A stretch of DNA of 64,000 nucleotides, from assembly GCA_001029715.1 (NCBI GenBank), contig CP011212.1:705066-769065 (forward strand). The letters run 5' to 3'. The number at the start of each line of letters is the position of its first letter. Position 1 is the stretch's first letter. Made by a program: the position numbers and the translations under genes. The notes below the pieces were generated by a model that saw nothing but the letters and a program-made list of their open reading frames with translations, was not told the DNA's origin and ran no database searches. Positions 20,317-30,298 of this stretch are shown here, piece after piece. The stretch is from a candidate division TM6 bacterium GW2011_GWF2_28_16. Its GTDB lineage: Bacteria; Patescibacteriota; Microgenomatia; UBA1400; PJMF01.

Positions 20317-20736
20317 TTATTGCAGATTACTTAGACAATAATAATCACCAGTGCCATAGGTACACTCCGTCACCCCAACAGGCAAGTCACTGGAATTTCC
20401 TACGCTACTTTCTAGCAAGGCACAAACACAATAAGAATCAGCACTTGAAGTTAAGTTGATACTATAAATATATGGTGAAGTGTTTTTAGGATCCTCTGGC
20501 AAACCAGCAGGAAAAATAATCACATCGCCAGCTTCACCCTGATCTGTTGGATAAGCTCCCTCTCTGGAATAAAATTGCTCAAAACCATTTTGCATGGCTT
20601 TAATATCAGCTTTGCGCCTAGCATCACGACCTTTTTTCTGTGCAGTCGAAAAAGCAGCAGTCCCCAAAGTTACTAATATACCAATAATCGAAATCACCAC
20701 TAAGATTTCTAACAGAGTAAAAGCATTTTTTTTCAT
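20317..20736 (-). CDS. Type IV pilin / GspG-like pseudopilin
   Basis: MKKNAFTLLEILVVISIIGILV and KGRDARRKADIKAMQNGFEQF. C-terminal Cys pair. Confidence 0.75.
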   Translation of the reverse strand: MKKNAFTLLEILVVISIIGILVTLGTAAFSTAQKKGRDARRKADIKAMQNGFEQFYSREGAYPTDQGEAGDVIIFPAGLPEDPKNTSPYIYSINLTSSADSYCVCALLESSVGNSSDLPVGVTECTYGTGDYYCLSNLQ

Positions 20737-20738
20737 AA

Positions 20739-21740
20739 TTATCTATTTACCTTCACTATCATCTTAGCTAATTCATTGTCAACTGACAACACTCCTTGAA
20801 CGTCCTTCGCACTAATCTTGACCTGAAAATAGCATGTTTTAGTTTGACAAATGTAAGAGTGGTCTACACTATCTTGCAAACTAGCACTTTGCCAAGTTTC
20901 ACCATCGCCAAAATCAATATTTACTTCCACAGGCAGAGCAATTCCATCATTCTCTTCAACTTTCTGTCTGGAAAAAATAGCTTGTAGTTTCTGTAACCAA
21001 GATGTTTCTTCGTCTCGACTAATTTGTCCAGAAAAAACATCGTTCTTACCATTTCCTAAAACGTAGGAAAAACTAATTGTTTCACCAGATAAAACCTCGA
21101 TTGTTCTTGTCGTTTCATCAAGTGCTGGCTGACTATTAAATAATAGAATTGAAGGTCTAAACAAACAGGATTCGTAACAACTCTTTGGGCAGTCATTAAC
21201 TGAAGTTAGCTGTTCGCCAAGACCACTTTGAACATCTAAACTGCAACATTGATAGTTATGCGCCTCACAAGAACTCAAGGGTCCTTGATCATAATCAAAA
21301 TCTGGTTTACTTAAATAATTGGAATAAATTTTTTGTGCATCAGTGTAAATATATAAATTACGTCCAAGAACTTCTAGCTCAATAAAGGATGGCAATTTTT
21401 GATCGTTGATAATAAAACCTGAGCCAAAAGATGCTTTTGAAACTAAAGGAAGCATTTTTTTACTTGATAAAACAATTGGGGAAGTAGCGAAATCACTGCA
21501 AACTACCTCAAGATTATATTCTTTGTCTGAAGTAAATTTAATTTGAGTCCAATAATCTTGGCTATAAGAGAATTGATTAGTGCAGGCTGCTGCATAATTC
21601 TTGTTCAGAAGGGAATTGTAATCATTTTTAATAATGTTTGACTCTAAAGCCAATAGAATTTCCCTTCCAAAAAGAAAAGCTAAGAGACCTAGTCCTAAAA
21701 TCCACAGCATGGAAAAAAAGAAAAATTTAAGTATGCGCAT
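20739..21740 (-). CDS. Hypothetical Cys-rich membrane-anchored protein embedded in the pilus operon
   Basis: N-terminal TM. Multiple Cys clusters (CEAHNYQCCSLD, CPKSCYESC). Located between pilD and the minor pilins. Confidence 0.5.
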   Translation of the reverse strand: MRILKFFFFSMLWILGLGLLAFLFGREILLALESNIIKNDYNSLLNKNYAAACTNQFSYSQDYWTQIKFTSDKEYNLEVVCSDFATSPIVLSSKKMLPLVSKASFGSGFIINDQKLPSFIELEVLGRNLYIYTDAQKIYSNYLSKPDFDYDQGPLSSCEAHNYQCCSLDVQSGLGEQLTSVNDCPKSCYESCLFRPSILLFNSQPALDETTRTIEVLSGETISFSYVLGNGKNDVFSGQISRDEETSWLQKLQAIFSRQKVEENDGIALPVEVNIDFGDGETWQSASLQDSVDHSYICQTKTCYFQVKISAKDVQGVLSVDNELAKMIVKVNR

Positions 21741-21746
21741 AATTTT

Positions 21747-22586
21747 TTAGAATAAAAAGCCAAAATACCATTGCCAAATCGCTTCTCCAAAAACAAAAGT
21801 AATCAAAAAAGCCACAATCAAAAAAGGAGCAAAAGGCAGGGCTTGACCGATTTTTTTCTTTCCTGTTAACAATAACAGCATAGCAAAAATTCCACCAATA
21901 ATAAAAGCCAAAAAGATACTTAAAATCACCTTGGGCCAAGATAAAAGAAAAGCCAATGGAATCATTAATTTAATATCTCCAAAACCTAAAGCTGGCTTAT
22001 GCAAAATTTTGGAAGCTGAAAAATAAAGCGCATAGAAAAAGACGCTAGAGAAGAGTACCGCTAAAATTGGTAACAGCCAATTTTCTCCAGAAAAGAGCTG
22101 TGCTAAAACCGCTAAAATTATTAAGAGCGCAACAAAAAAATCTGGCACAATTAAATACTGCAAATCGGCCAACAACGCAAACAACAATACAAAAGTAAAT
22201 AAAAAATAGAGCATCAGCTGTTGAATTGGCAAAAGCTGTAAAGAAGGTAACTGCAAATAAGCCACCGCAAAAGTAAGACCTAAAACAAAAGCTAATAACT
22301 CACTCAAAAAATAAATTCTAGCAATTTTTTTATGGCAATGACGACATTTGCCTCTAAGTAACAAAAAAGAAAGCAGAGGAACATTGTCATACCAAGCTAT
22401 TTGTTGGTGACAACTTTCACATTTTGAACGACCTTTAACGAAAGATTCTTCTTTGGCAGTTCTAAAAATAACGACATTAAAAAAGCTTGCTAAGAAAGAT
22501 AAAAACAAAGCAAAGAAAAAAATTAGAACCAGTTCAAAAAAGAACATAATTATGGTAAGCAGGAATATTCTTCGCCAGCTACACAA
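21747..22586 (-). CDS. pilD: Prepilin peptidase (A24 family) PilD
   Basis: N-terminal zinc-ribbon CESCHQ...CRHCHKKI. Multi-TM body with catalytic Asp in GFGDIKLM. The true start is probably an internal Met downstream of the overlap with the pilin gene. Confidence 0.85.
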   Translation of the reverse strand: MCSWRRIFLLTIIMFFFELVLIFFFALFLSFLASFFNVVIFRTAKEESFVKGRSKCESCHQQIAWYDNVPLLSFLLLRGKCRHCHKKIARIYFLSELLAFVLGLTFAVAYLQLPSLQLLPIQQLMLYFLFTFVLLFALLADLQYLIVPDFFVALLIILAVLAQLFSGENWLLPILAVLFSSVFFYALYFSASKILHKPALGFGDIKLMIPLAFLLSWPKVILSIFLAFIIGGIFAMLLLLTGKKKIGQALPFAPFLIVAFLITFVFGEAIWQWYFGFLF

Positions 22587-23194
22587 ACACTAGCCGCAGC
22601 TGATTGCAAATCATCTGGTAAACCAGATCCAGCTTCATCTATGCAACGAGTCGCAGCTTCTTCTTGCATAGCACCAGACTGAGGTTTGAAACAAACATAA
22701 AGACTTTCACCTGGATCACCAGAGTAGAAAACGTAAAGATGATTATAGTCAGTCTTAATTACCTTATCTACAAAACTACGCTTGACTTCATTAGTCCCAA
22801 CACAAGTACCAGCGGTATTACCATTGGCAATCTTATCTAGGACATAGCATGGAGTATCAACAGAATCATCAGCCCAAGCATCGATTGAACCGCCATCTAC
22901 AGTAATTGATGTATCTAAAGAAACACCTCTAAAAGTTAAAGCCGCGTCATTATTTGGATTGCTTACCCATGGATAATAACCTTTGTAAGCATAAAAACGA
23001 TCAATGGCACTTAGAAGTTGCTCTGCGTCAGAGCGGGAGCCAGTGTCACGACCACGATTAATTTGTTCAATAGGATTAATAGCTGCTAAAACTGCAACTG
23101 CTAAAATACCCAAAATTGCAATGACAATCAGCAACTCAATCATGGTAAAAGCCAGCTGGCTTTTAAGTTTAGAGAGAAATTTATTTTGTTTCAT
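22550..23194 (-). CDS. Type IV pilin, candidate major pilin
   Basis: MKQNKFLSKLKSQLAFTMIELLIVIAILGILAVAVLAA. About 210 aa with C-terminal Cys pairs (disulfide D-region). It is the first pilin after pilC. Confidence 0.75.
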   Translation of the reverse strand: MKQNKFLSKLKSQLAFTMIELLIVIAILGILAVAVLAAINPIEQINRGRDTGSRSDAEQLLSAIDRFYAYKGYYPWVSNPNNDAALTFRGVSLDTSITVDGGSIDAWADDSVDTPCYVLDKIANGNTAGTCVGTNEVKRSFVDKVIKTDYNHLYVFYSGDPGESLYVCFKPQSGAMQEEAATRCIDEAGSGLPDDLQSAAASVCVAGEEYSCLP

Positions 23195-23281
23195 AATGTT
23201 TATCCCAAATAATTCCAAATATATAAGCAGATTAGAAGCTCAACTTCCAGTCTATCTCAAAAAAGCCAAGCTTTTCAAGTA

Positions 23282-24484
23282 CTAAAATTGACTAGTTAGA
23301 CTGTAAATTGGCATAATAATTGCAATCACAATAAAACCTACTCCTAAACCAAGAAGAATCATGATTATTGGTTCGATGGCAGTGGTTAAATTTTTAATAG
23401 CATATTCACTTTCTTTTTCGAAGTACTCAGATATTTTACCCAGAATTTCATCAAGTTTTCCAGTTTCCTCACCAACGGAAATCATCTGATGAAGAATTGC
23501 TGGAAAATTATCATAACGAGCAACAGCGTCAGAGAGGGTAACACCTTTTTCTACCTGTTTATTAATCTCTTTAAGTTCTCCTCGATAGACTGCACTATCT
23601 ATAGCTGAAGCCACAATATCCAAAGCCTCCATTAGAGAAACACCTGCTCCAAGTAAAAGAGACAAGGTACGCGTGAAATCTGTCAAAACAACTTTTTGCT
23701 TAAGAACTCCAAGAATTGGAATCCTTAAGTAAAGAGCATCAATTGCTTTTTCTCCATGGGGAGTTTTTTTGTAAGAACGCAACGAAAAAATAGCACCAAC
23801 AATTAAAATTAGTAAAACCCACCAAGAACTAACAAAAAAATCGGAAACACTCATTAAAATTTTAGTAGCCACTGGCAACTCTGCATCAAAATCTTGGTAC
23901 ATCAAAGTTAACTTTGGAATAACAGCCACCATCATCACAACAACTACTGCCGCCATAGCAAAAAGAATAATGATCGGATAAACCATGGCTCCTTTTGTTT
24001 TAGCTTTGAAATCTTTTTCCTTTTCCATAGTTATCGCTAGGCGATTTAAAACATCATCTAAAACACCACCAACTTCACCTGCTCTTACTAATTGCACATA
24101 AATTCTAGAAAAATTCTCTTTATATTTAGCTAAGGCTGTAGAAAAACTCAAGCCACCTTCAACATCTTTGAGTAAATTACCGGTTAGCTTACTCATTTCA
24201 CTCTTGCCTTGTTCTTCTAAAATTGAGAGAGAAGTGGCTAGAGGTAAGCCAGCGTTAATCATTGTTGCCAATTGCCTAGTGAAGTTAACTAATTCTTCAA
24301 ATTTAATTTTACTTTTGGTTAAATTAGCTAAAAATCCACTGCGTTGCCCCAAAGGACTGACATCAATCACAAATAAATCTCTACCAAGCAAAGTAGAAAC
24401 TGCTTGAACTTGAGAAATAGCCTCCACCTTACCCTTGATGTTTTCGCCTTGCTTATTTTTGACTATATATTTGTAGATCGGCAT
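23282..24484 (-). CDS. pilC: Type IV pilus platform protein PilC (GspF family)
   Basis: MPIYKYIVKNKQGENIKGKVEA N-terminus. Two GspF repeats and three TM segments. 400 aa. Confidence 0.9.
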   Translation of the reverse strand: MPIYKYIVKNKQGENIKGKVEAISQVQAVSTLLGRDLFVIDVSPLGQRSGFLANLTKSKIKFEELVNFTRQLATMINAGLPLATSLSILEEQGKSEMSKLTGNLLKDVEGGLSFSTALAKYKENFSRIYVQLVRAGEVGGVLDDVLNRLAITMEKEKDFKAKTKGAMVYPIIILFAMAAVVVVMMVAVIPKLTLMYQDFDAELPVATKILMSVSDFFVSSWWVLLILIVGAIFSLRSYKKTPHGEKAIDALYLRIPILGVLKQKVVLTDFTRTLSLLLGAGVSLMEALDIVASAIDSAVYRGELKEINKQVEKGVTLSDAVARYDNFPAILHQMISVGEETGKLDEILGKISEYFEKESEYAIKNLTTAIEPIIMILLGLGVGFIVIAIIMPIYSLTSQF

Positions 24485-24502
24485 AACAATAAATAAAGAT
24501 AA

Positions 24503-25561
24503 TTATTTAGCATCCAAGAGTCTAATCATTTCATTGGGTCTAAATGATCTAGAAAGGGCAGTTTCTTTACTAATAATCTTTTGAGAAAGCAAGTCCATTA
24601 AATGATTTTCCATCAACATCATCCCTGAGGCAGAAGAGTTTTGGATGATGCTATCAATCTGAAAAACTTTCTTTTCGCGAATTAAATTAGCAATAGCTGA
24701 ATTATTCAACATAATCTCTACAGCTGCAATGCGTCCACCATGGATTTTAGGGATTAGGCGCTGTGACACCACTGCTTTAAGAACAGTGGAAAGCTGCTGA
24801 CCTACCTGAGCTTGCTGATAAGAAGGGAACACATCAACAATACGATCAATTGTTTGTGAAGCAGTATTGGTATGCAAAGTAGCAAAAACTAAGTGACCAG
24901 TTTCAGCTAAAGTTAAAGTTAGAGCGATTGTTTCAAGGTCACGCATTTCTCCAACTAAAACTACATCTGGATCACTACGTAAAGCCGAGCGAAGCGCGGC
25001 TTGCCAAGCCCTAGTATCCTTACCAACTTCTCGCTGGGAAATAATACTTTTGGCAGATTTGTAAACAAATTCGACAGGATCCTCAATGGTTAAAATGTGA
25101 CGGCTTTCAGTTTGATTAATTTCATCAATAATGGCAGCCAGAGAAGTGGATTTACCCTCACCAGTCGGACCAGTAAATAGAATTAAACCTTGATTATAAC
25201 TAGAAAAACTATGGAAAATTTTAGGCAAACTCAACTCATCAACACTAAGAATTGTTTCTGGAATCAAGCGAAAAGCTGCTGCATAACTTTCCATTTGCTG
25301 ATAAACATTAACTCTAAAACGACCCTTATCGGAAAATTGATAAGCTAGATCAATCTCTTTTTCTTTTTCTAATGAAGATCGCTGTTCTGGAGTTAAAATC
25401 GCAAAAACTAAAGATTCAATTTGCTCTTTATCTAGCACCTGTGGACCAGCAGGAAAATTTAAAACTCCATTAACTCTAACAGACAGGGGAGAGCCAGCAA
25501 TTAGATGAATATCTGAACCTTTATTATCGATGGTAAATTGTAGTAAATCTTGAATTTGCAT
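24503..25561 (-). CDS. pilT: Twitching-motility retraction ATPase PilT
   Basis: Walker A GPTGEGKST. REVGKDTRAWQAALRSALRSDPDVVLVGEMRD and HLVFATLHT motifs. 352 aa. Confidence 0.9.
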   Translation of the reverse strand: MQIQDLLQFTIDNKGSDIHLIAGSPLSVRVNGVLNFPAGPQVLDKEQIESLVFAILTPEQRSSLEKEKEIDLAYQFSDKGRFRVNVYQQMESYAAAFRLIPETILSVDELSLPKIFHSFSSYNQGLILFTGPTGEGKSTSLAAIIDEINQTESRHILTIEDPVEFVYKSAKSIISQREVGKDTRAWQAALRSALRSDPDVVLVGEMRDLETIALTLTLAETGHLVFATLHTNTASQTIDRIVDVFPSYQQAQVGQQLSTVLKAVVSQRLIPKIHGGRIAAVEIMLNNSAIANLIREKKVFQIDSIIQNSSASGMMLMENHLMDLLSQKIISKETALSRSFRPNEMIRLLDAK

Positions 25562-25566
25562 GATTT

Positions 25567-27381
25567 TTATTTAACATCTGCTACACGAAGAACTTCTTCT
25601 ATGGTAGTAACTCCTCCCAAAGCTTTAAGATAACCATCTTGCTTCATTAAAATCATTCCTTGTTTAAGGGCAACTTCCTCCAATGCTGATTCTGGACTGC
25701 GCTTCATGATTAACTGAGAAATTTCCGGGGTAATACTCATTACTTCAAAAATAGCCACACGACCCTTGTAATCTGGCTCATTAACTGGTCTTTCATCCAT
25801 TGGTCGGTACAAAACGATGTTTTCTGGATCTTTATTATTTTCTTTGCAAAAAGCTAAAAACAAAGGCCCAAGAACCTGCTTGATATTTTCAACAATTTCG
25901 GGCTCAGGCTTATATTCTTCCCTGTATTTTGGATTAATACGACGCACAACTCTTTGTCCTAAAGTTAGAAGCATTGAGGAAGATAAGAGAAATGGTTCAG
26001 CTTCCATATCTAATAAACGAGGTAAGGCGCCTGCAGCACTATTAGTATGCAAAGTAGCAAAGACTAAGTGACCGGTTAAAGAAGCCTGCAAAGCTAGATC
26101 AGCAGTTTCATTGTCACGAATTTCTCCCACCATGATAATGTCTGGATCTTGGCGCAAGAAAGAACGCAAACCAGAAGCAAAAGTTAACCCCGCTTTTGGA
26201 TTGACTTGTACCTGACTAATCCCTGGAATTTGATACTCAACTGGATCTTCCAAAGTCATGATATTAACCCCAACATTATTAATCATGTGTAAAACTGAGT
26301 AGAGAGTAGTGGTTTTACCAGAGCCAGTTGGACCAGTGATTAAAATAATACCCTGAGGAATTTTAATGCAGCTCATCAGCCGACGCAGAGCTAAACCACT
26401 TAAACCTAAATCCTGCAAAGATGGCACAGTAGCATTCTTCTCCAAAAGTCTCATCACCACTTTCTCACCATTGACAGTCGGAAGAGTAGAAATACGTAAA
26501 TCAACTTCTTTGCCAGAAGAAACATAATTAAAACGCCCATCTTGTGGCAAACGTTTTTCATCGATTTTTAAATTAGACATGATTTTGATTCTAGAAATCA
26601 CAGCCTCATGAACATTTTTTGGCAAAATAAGTTTTTCTACCAAAATACCATCAATACGATAACGAACTCTAATATTGCTACCCTGAGGTTCGATGTGCAC
26701 ATCGGAAGCTCGAGAACTAATAGCAAAATCTAAGATATTTTCAACAATTCGATTAATTGGGGCGTCGCGTAAAATTTGCCCAGAATTATTAACTACTACA
26801 CCACCAGCTGCTCTTTGCTGATACTGATTCGTAGTACGCAAGGCTTCGTCAACTTCAGTTGATAAATTTTGTGAGTAACGCTCAACGATTAGCCTTTGCA
26901 AAACCTCTGTGTCAGCATAATATGCCTCAACATCACGATTGGTTTTTTGTCTCAAGAATTCAATTGTTGGCAAGTCCAAAGGATCAAGCATGGCAATTTT
27001 AATTGAATTTTTTTCTTTATCTAAAGCAAAAGGAAGAACCTTGTATCTTTTCGCAATCGACTCATCTAGCAAACCCAAGGCCTCTGGATCAATGCCCACA
27101 GTTCCAAGATCTATGTAACCAAGATGATTAAAAACCGCTTTGGCTTCGTTAATAACGGCTTCGCTAACCGTTTTCTTTTCCCCAATGAGAACTTCATAGG
27201 ATTTGCCAGAGCTTAAACCATCTTTTCTTAATTCTTCTATTTGCTCTAAAGTCAGTTGTTTTTTTTCAAACAAAACATCCAAAAAAGAATTGGTGGGAAT
27301 AAATTGAGCAGAAGGAGCGGAGCCAACTGGCGTCGCTACTACCTGATCAGTCGATTGAGTATCGTTTTGGGCAGTTAACAT
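25567..27381 (-). CDS. pilB: Type IV pilus assembly ATPase PilB (GspE family)
   Basis: Walker A GPTGSGKTTTL, LRQDPDIIMVGEIRD, HLVFATLHTN. 604 aa with an N-terminal GspII-like domain. Confidence 0.9.
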   Translation of the reverse strand: MLTAQNDTQSTDQVVATPVGSAPSAQFIPTNSFLDVLFEKKQLTLEQIEELRKDGLSSGKSYEVLIGEKKTVSEAVINEAKAVFNHLGYIDLGTVGIDPEALGLLDESIAKRYKVLPFALDKEKNSIKIAMLDPLDLPTIEFLRQKTNRDVEAYYADTEVLQRLIVERYSQNLSTEVDEALRTTNQYQQRAAGGVVVNNSGQILRDAPINRIVENILDFAISSRASDVHIEPQGSNIRVRYRIDGILVEKLILPKNVHEAVISRIKIMSNLKIDEKRLPQDGRFNYVSSGKEVDLRISTLPTVNGEKVVMRLLEKNATVPSLQDLGLSGLALRRLMSCIKIPQGIILITGPTGSGKTTTLYSVLHMINNVGVNIMTLEDPVEYQIPGISQVQVNPKAGLTFASGLRSFLRQDPDIIMVGEIRDNETADLALQASLTGHLVFATLHTNSAAGALPRLLDMEAEPFLLSSSMLLTLGQRVVRRINPKYREEYKPEPEIVENIKQVLGPLFLAFCKENNKDPENIVLYRPMDERPVNEPDYKGRVAIFEVMSITPEISQLIMKRSPESALEEVALKQGMILMKQDGYLKALGGVTTIEEVLRVADVK

Positions 27382-27401
27382 ATGAAAACTCTGCCTTTAT
27401 A

Positions 27402-28130
27402 ATGGCACAAATCAGCTTAGAGTTAAATAATCAAATGAAAAAATTTTACACTAGCGAAATACTCGTTCTACCAAAAGAAATAGATTTCTTTGATCAAGAG
27501 GAAAAACTTTTGGTTGCTAAAAAAATAGTTGATCACTATTTACTAAACAAAAAAAACTTTGCTAGCAATAAAAATTTAGTTTATTTCAATCAAGATTACG
27601 CTAATTTTCCAATTGAGGAAATTAGAAGAATGCAAACTGAGGCAGAGTATAGCGCCAGCTTCAGTGGTCAAGAAAAAAGAGCTTTTATTTTATTTAATTT
27701 CGATAGTGCTGCTAGCGCCGCACAAAATGCTGCCCTCAAGATAATTGAGGAAAGTCCTGCAGAAACTCTCATTTTGCTATTGATCAGTAAAAAAGAAAAA
27801 ATTCTTGAAACTATCACTTCACGCTGTTTAATTATTCAAATTGATAAGGGCGAACTAAAGGAAATAAAGATAACAACAAAAAAATTGGAAAATAATTTTT
27901 CTTGGCCAAAAAATTATAGCCAAGCCATTGAGTTAGCAGAACAAAACAAAGATCGTATCGAGGCTATGAACCTAATAGAATCTTTACTCAAAAAAGAAAC
28001 TCTAGAAACCAAAGCAAAAAATCAAGCAAAACAGATTCTTTTGAGAGCTTATCAAGACCTCAATCGTAACCAAAATGTACAACTAACACTCGAAAATTGC
28101 TTTTTTTCTCTGGTATCTCTGGAGGGCTAA
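27402..28130 (+). CDS. holB: DNA polymerase III delta-prime subunit-like protein, P-loop absent
   Basis: AAQNAALKIIEESPAETLILLLISKKEKILETITSRCLIIQI matches the clamp-loader sensor / SRC motif region. No Walker A. Confidence 0.5.
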   Translation: MAQISLELNNQMKKFYTSEILVLPKEIDFFDQEEKLLVAKKIVDHYLLNKKNFASNKNLVYFNQDYANFPIEEIRRMQTEAEYSASFSGQEKRAFILFNFDSAASAAQNAALKIIEESPAETLILLLISKKEKILETITSRCLIIQIDKGELKEIKITTKKLENNFSWPKNYSQAIELAEQNKDRIEAMNLIESLLKKETLETKAKNQAKQILLRAYQDLNRNQNVQLTLENCFFSLVSLEG

Positions 28131-28225
28131 GCTCCTAAACACTGTAAAAACGGCTTTTCTCACACTTAATCACTAAAAACAAGCCCTTTTTTTCATGTTA
28201 GAATTATGGTACAACGGATCTTCTT

Positions 28226-30283
28226 ATGGCAAATAGCAACGACTTGAAAAACTATCAAGCTTCACAAATCAAGGTTCTAGAAGGACTTGAGCCTGTGCGC
28301 AAAAGACCAGGCATGTACATTGGTTCCACTGACACTAAAGGCCTGCATCATCTAGTCAAAGAAATTCTCGATAACTCAGTTGATGAGGCTATTGCTGGTT
28401 TTGGTAAAACTATTCAACTTTTTCGCAGTGAGACCAATGAATATCATCGCCAACTTTTTTTAAGTCATAAAAATAACAAAAAAAGCACTGCTGATGAAAA
28501 AGAAATCGGCAATCAAGTCGTTACTGTTACTGATAATGGTCGCGGTATTCCAACCGATATGCATGAATCTGGAGTTTCCGCAATGGAAATTGTCATGACC
28601 AAGCTTCACGCTGGTGGTAAGTTTGAAGAAACCGCCTACAAAGCCTCTGGTGGCTTACACGGCATTGGTTCTTCAGCTGTCAACGCGCTTTCTAGTCTTA
28701 TGCAGGTTGCCGTCAAAAGAAATGGCAAATATTTTTATCAGAGCCATTCTCGAGGTATTCCAGCTGAATCAGTCAAAGAAATCACTGAAAAAGAACTTCT
28801 TAGTAAATTTGACGATGTAGCAGCTGATTTCATCAAATATGAATCTGGATCCATGGTTCAATTCATTGTTGACCCAACCATTTTTTCTACTGTTGATTTT
28901 AGCCATAAACAAATGATTCAAATCGTTAAAGATCGCGCCTATTTGATGGCAGGTATCTATTTTCAATTTTTTGACCGTATTGAAAAATTAGAGCAACATT
29001 ACTATTTTGAAGGCGGTATTCGTTCTTTAGTCGAGCATTTAAATATGACTCGCAAATCACTTCATAAAGTTTTTTATGTTAGTGATGATTGGCAAGATCC
29101 AGATACTGGCAAAAATATTGGTATCGAATTAGCCCTGCAATACAATGACACCTACAACGAACACATTGAGAGCTACGTCAATGTTATCAACACTCCAGAT
29201 GGAGGTACACATGTCCAAGGTTTCCGCCTTGCCTTAGGTAGAGTCATGAGAGATTATGCCGAAAAAAATAATCTCATTAAAGAAAAAGAAGCTTTTGTGG
29301 CCGATGATTTACGAGAAGGTTTAACCGCCGTCGTTTTTGTCAAAATGCCAGCTAACGATCTGCAGTTTGAATCACAGACCAAAGCCAAACTCAATAACGC
29401 CGAAGCACAAACCGCTGTTTATCAAGTTTTTAAAGATGCTCTTTCCACCTATCTTGAGGAAAATCCAAAAGTCGCTCGTGCAATTATAGAAAAAGTCCTA
29501 ATCTCTGCTCGCGCTCGCCTGGCGGCTCGCGCCGCCAAAGACGCCGTGATTCGTAAAGGCTTGCTTGAAGGCGTCTCTTTGCCTGGCAAATTAGCTGACT
29601 GCCAATCCAGACAGGCTAGCGAAAGCGAAATCTACATTGTTGAGGGTGATAGTGCAGGTGGTTCTGCCAAACAGGGTAGAGATCGTAAATTCCAGGCTAT
29701 TTTCCCACTCCGTGGCAAAATCCTTAACACTGAGCGTGCTCGCTTAGATAAGATTGTCGCCTCTGAAGAGCTTAAGAACCTAGTCATCGCCCTTGGCTGT
29801 GGCATTGGTGAAAGCTTCAACATTGAAAAACTACGCTATCATCGTATTATTTTAATGAATGATGCTGATGTTGATGGAGAGCATATCACCACTCTCGGTT
29901 TAACCTTTTTCTTCCGCCATTTGAAGCAAATTGTCGAGGCCGGTTATTTATATGTCGCTATGCCTCCACTTTACAAGATCACTCAAGGCAAAGACGAACA
30001 ATATGTCTACAGTGACGAGGATAAGGACAAATTGCTTGCTCCAGTTTACGCCAAAGATCCAAATGCTAAGATTGGCGTACAAAGATACAAAGGTCTTGGT
30101 GAAATGAACCCAGAGCAACTTTGGACCACTACTATGGATCCAAAAACTCGTATGCTTAAGAAAATCGCCATTGAAGATGCCGACAAATCTGACAATGCTT
30201 TCGAGGTTTTGATGGGCGATGAAGTTGCTCCACGTAAGAAATTTATTCAGAGTCATGCCTACATGGCTCAATTAGATGTCTAA
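28226..30283 (+). CDS. gyrB: DNA gyrase subunit B
   Basis: LVKEILDNSVDEA (GHKL), EGDSAGGSAKQGRDR, PLRGKILN, TOPRIM region. 685 aa. Confidence 0.95.
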   Translation: MANSNDLKNYQASQIKVLEGLEPVRKRPGMYIGSTDTKGLHHLVKEILDNSVDEAIAGFGKTIQLFRSETNEYHRQLFLSHKNNKKSTADEKEIGNQVVTVTDNGRGIPTDMHESGVSAMEIVMTKLHAGGKFEETAYKASGGLHGIGSSAVNALSSLMQVAVKRNGKYFYQSHSRGIPAESVKEITEKELLSKFDDVAADFIKYESGSMVQFIVDPTIFSTVDFSHKQMIQIVKDRAYLMAGIYFQFFDRIEKLEQHYYFEGGIRSLVEHLNMTRKSLHKVFYVSDDWQDPDTGKNIGIELALQYNDTYNEHIESYVNVINTPDGGTHVQGFRLALGRVMRDYAEKNNLIKEKEAFVADDLREGLTAVVFVKMPANDLQFESQTKAKLNNAEAQTAVYQVFKDALSTYLEENPKVARAIIEKVLISARARLAARAAKDAVIRKGLLEGVSLPGKLADCQSRQASESEIYIVEGDSAGGSAKQGRDRKFQAIFPLRGKILNTERARLDKIVASEELKNLVIALGCGIGESFNIEKLRYHRIILMNDADVDGEHITTLGLTFFFRHLKQIVEAGYLYVAMPPLYKITQGKDEQYVYSDEDKDKLLAPVYAKDPNAKIGVQRYKGLGEMNPEQLWTTTMDPKTRMLKKIAIEDADKSDNAFEVLMGDEVAPRKKFIQSHAYMAQLDV

Positions 30284-30298
30284 AAAGAAAGGGCTAAA

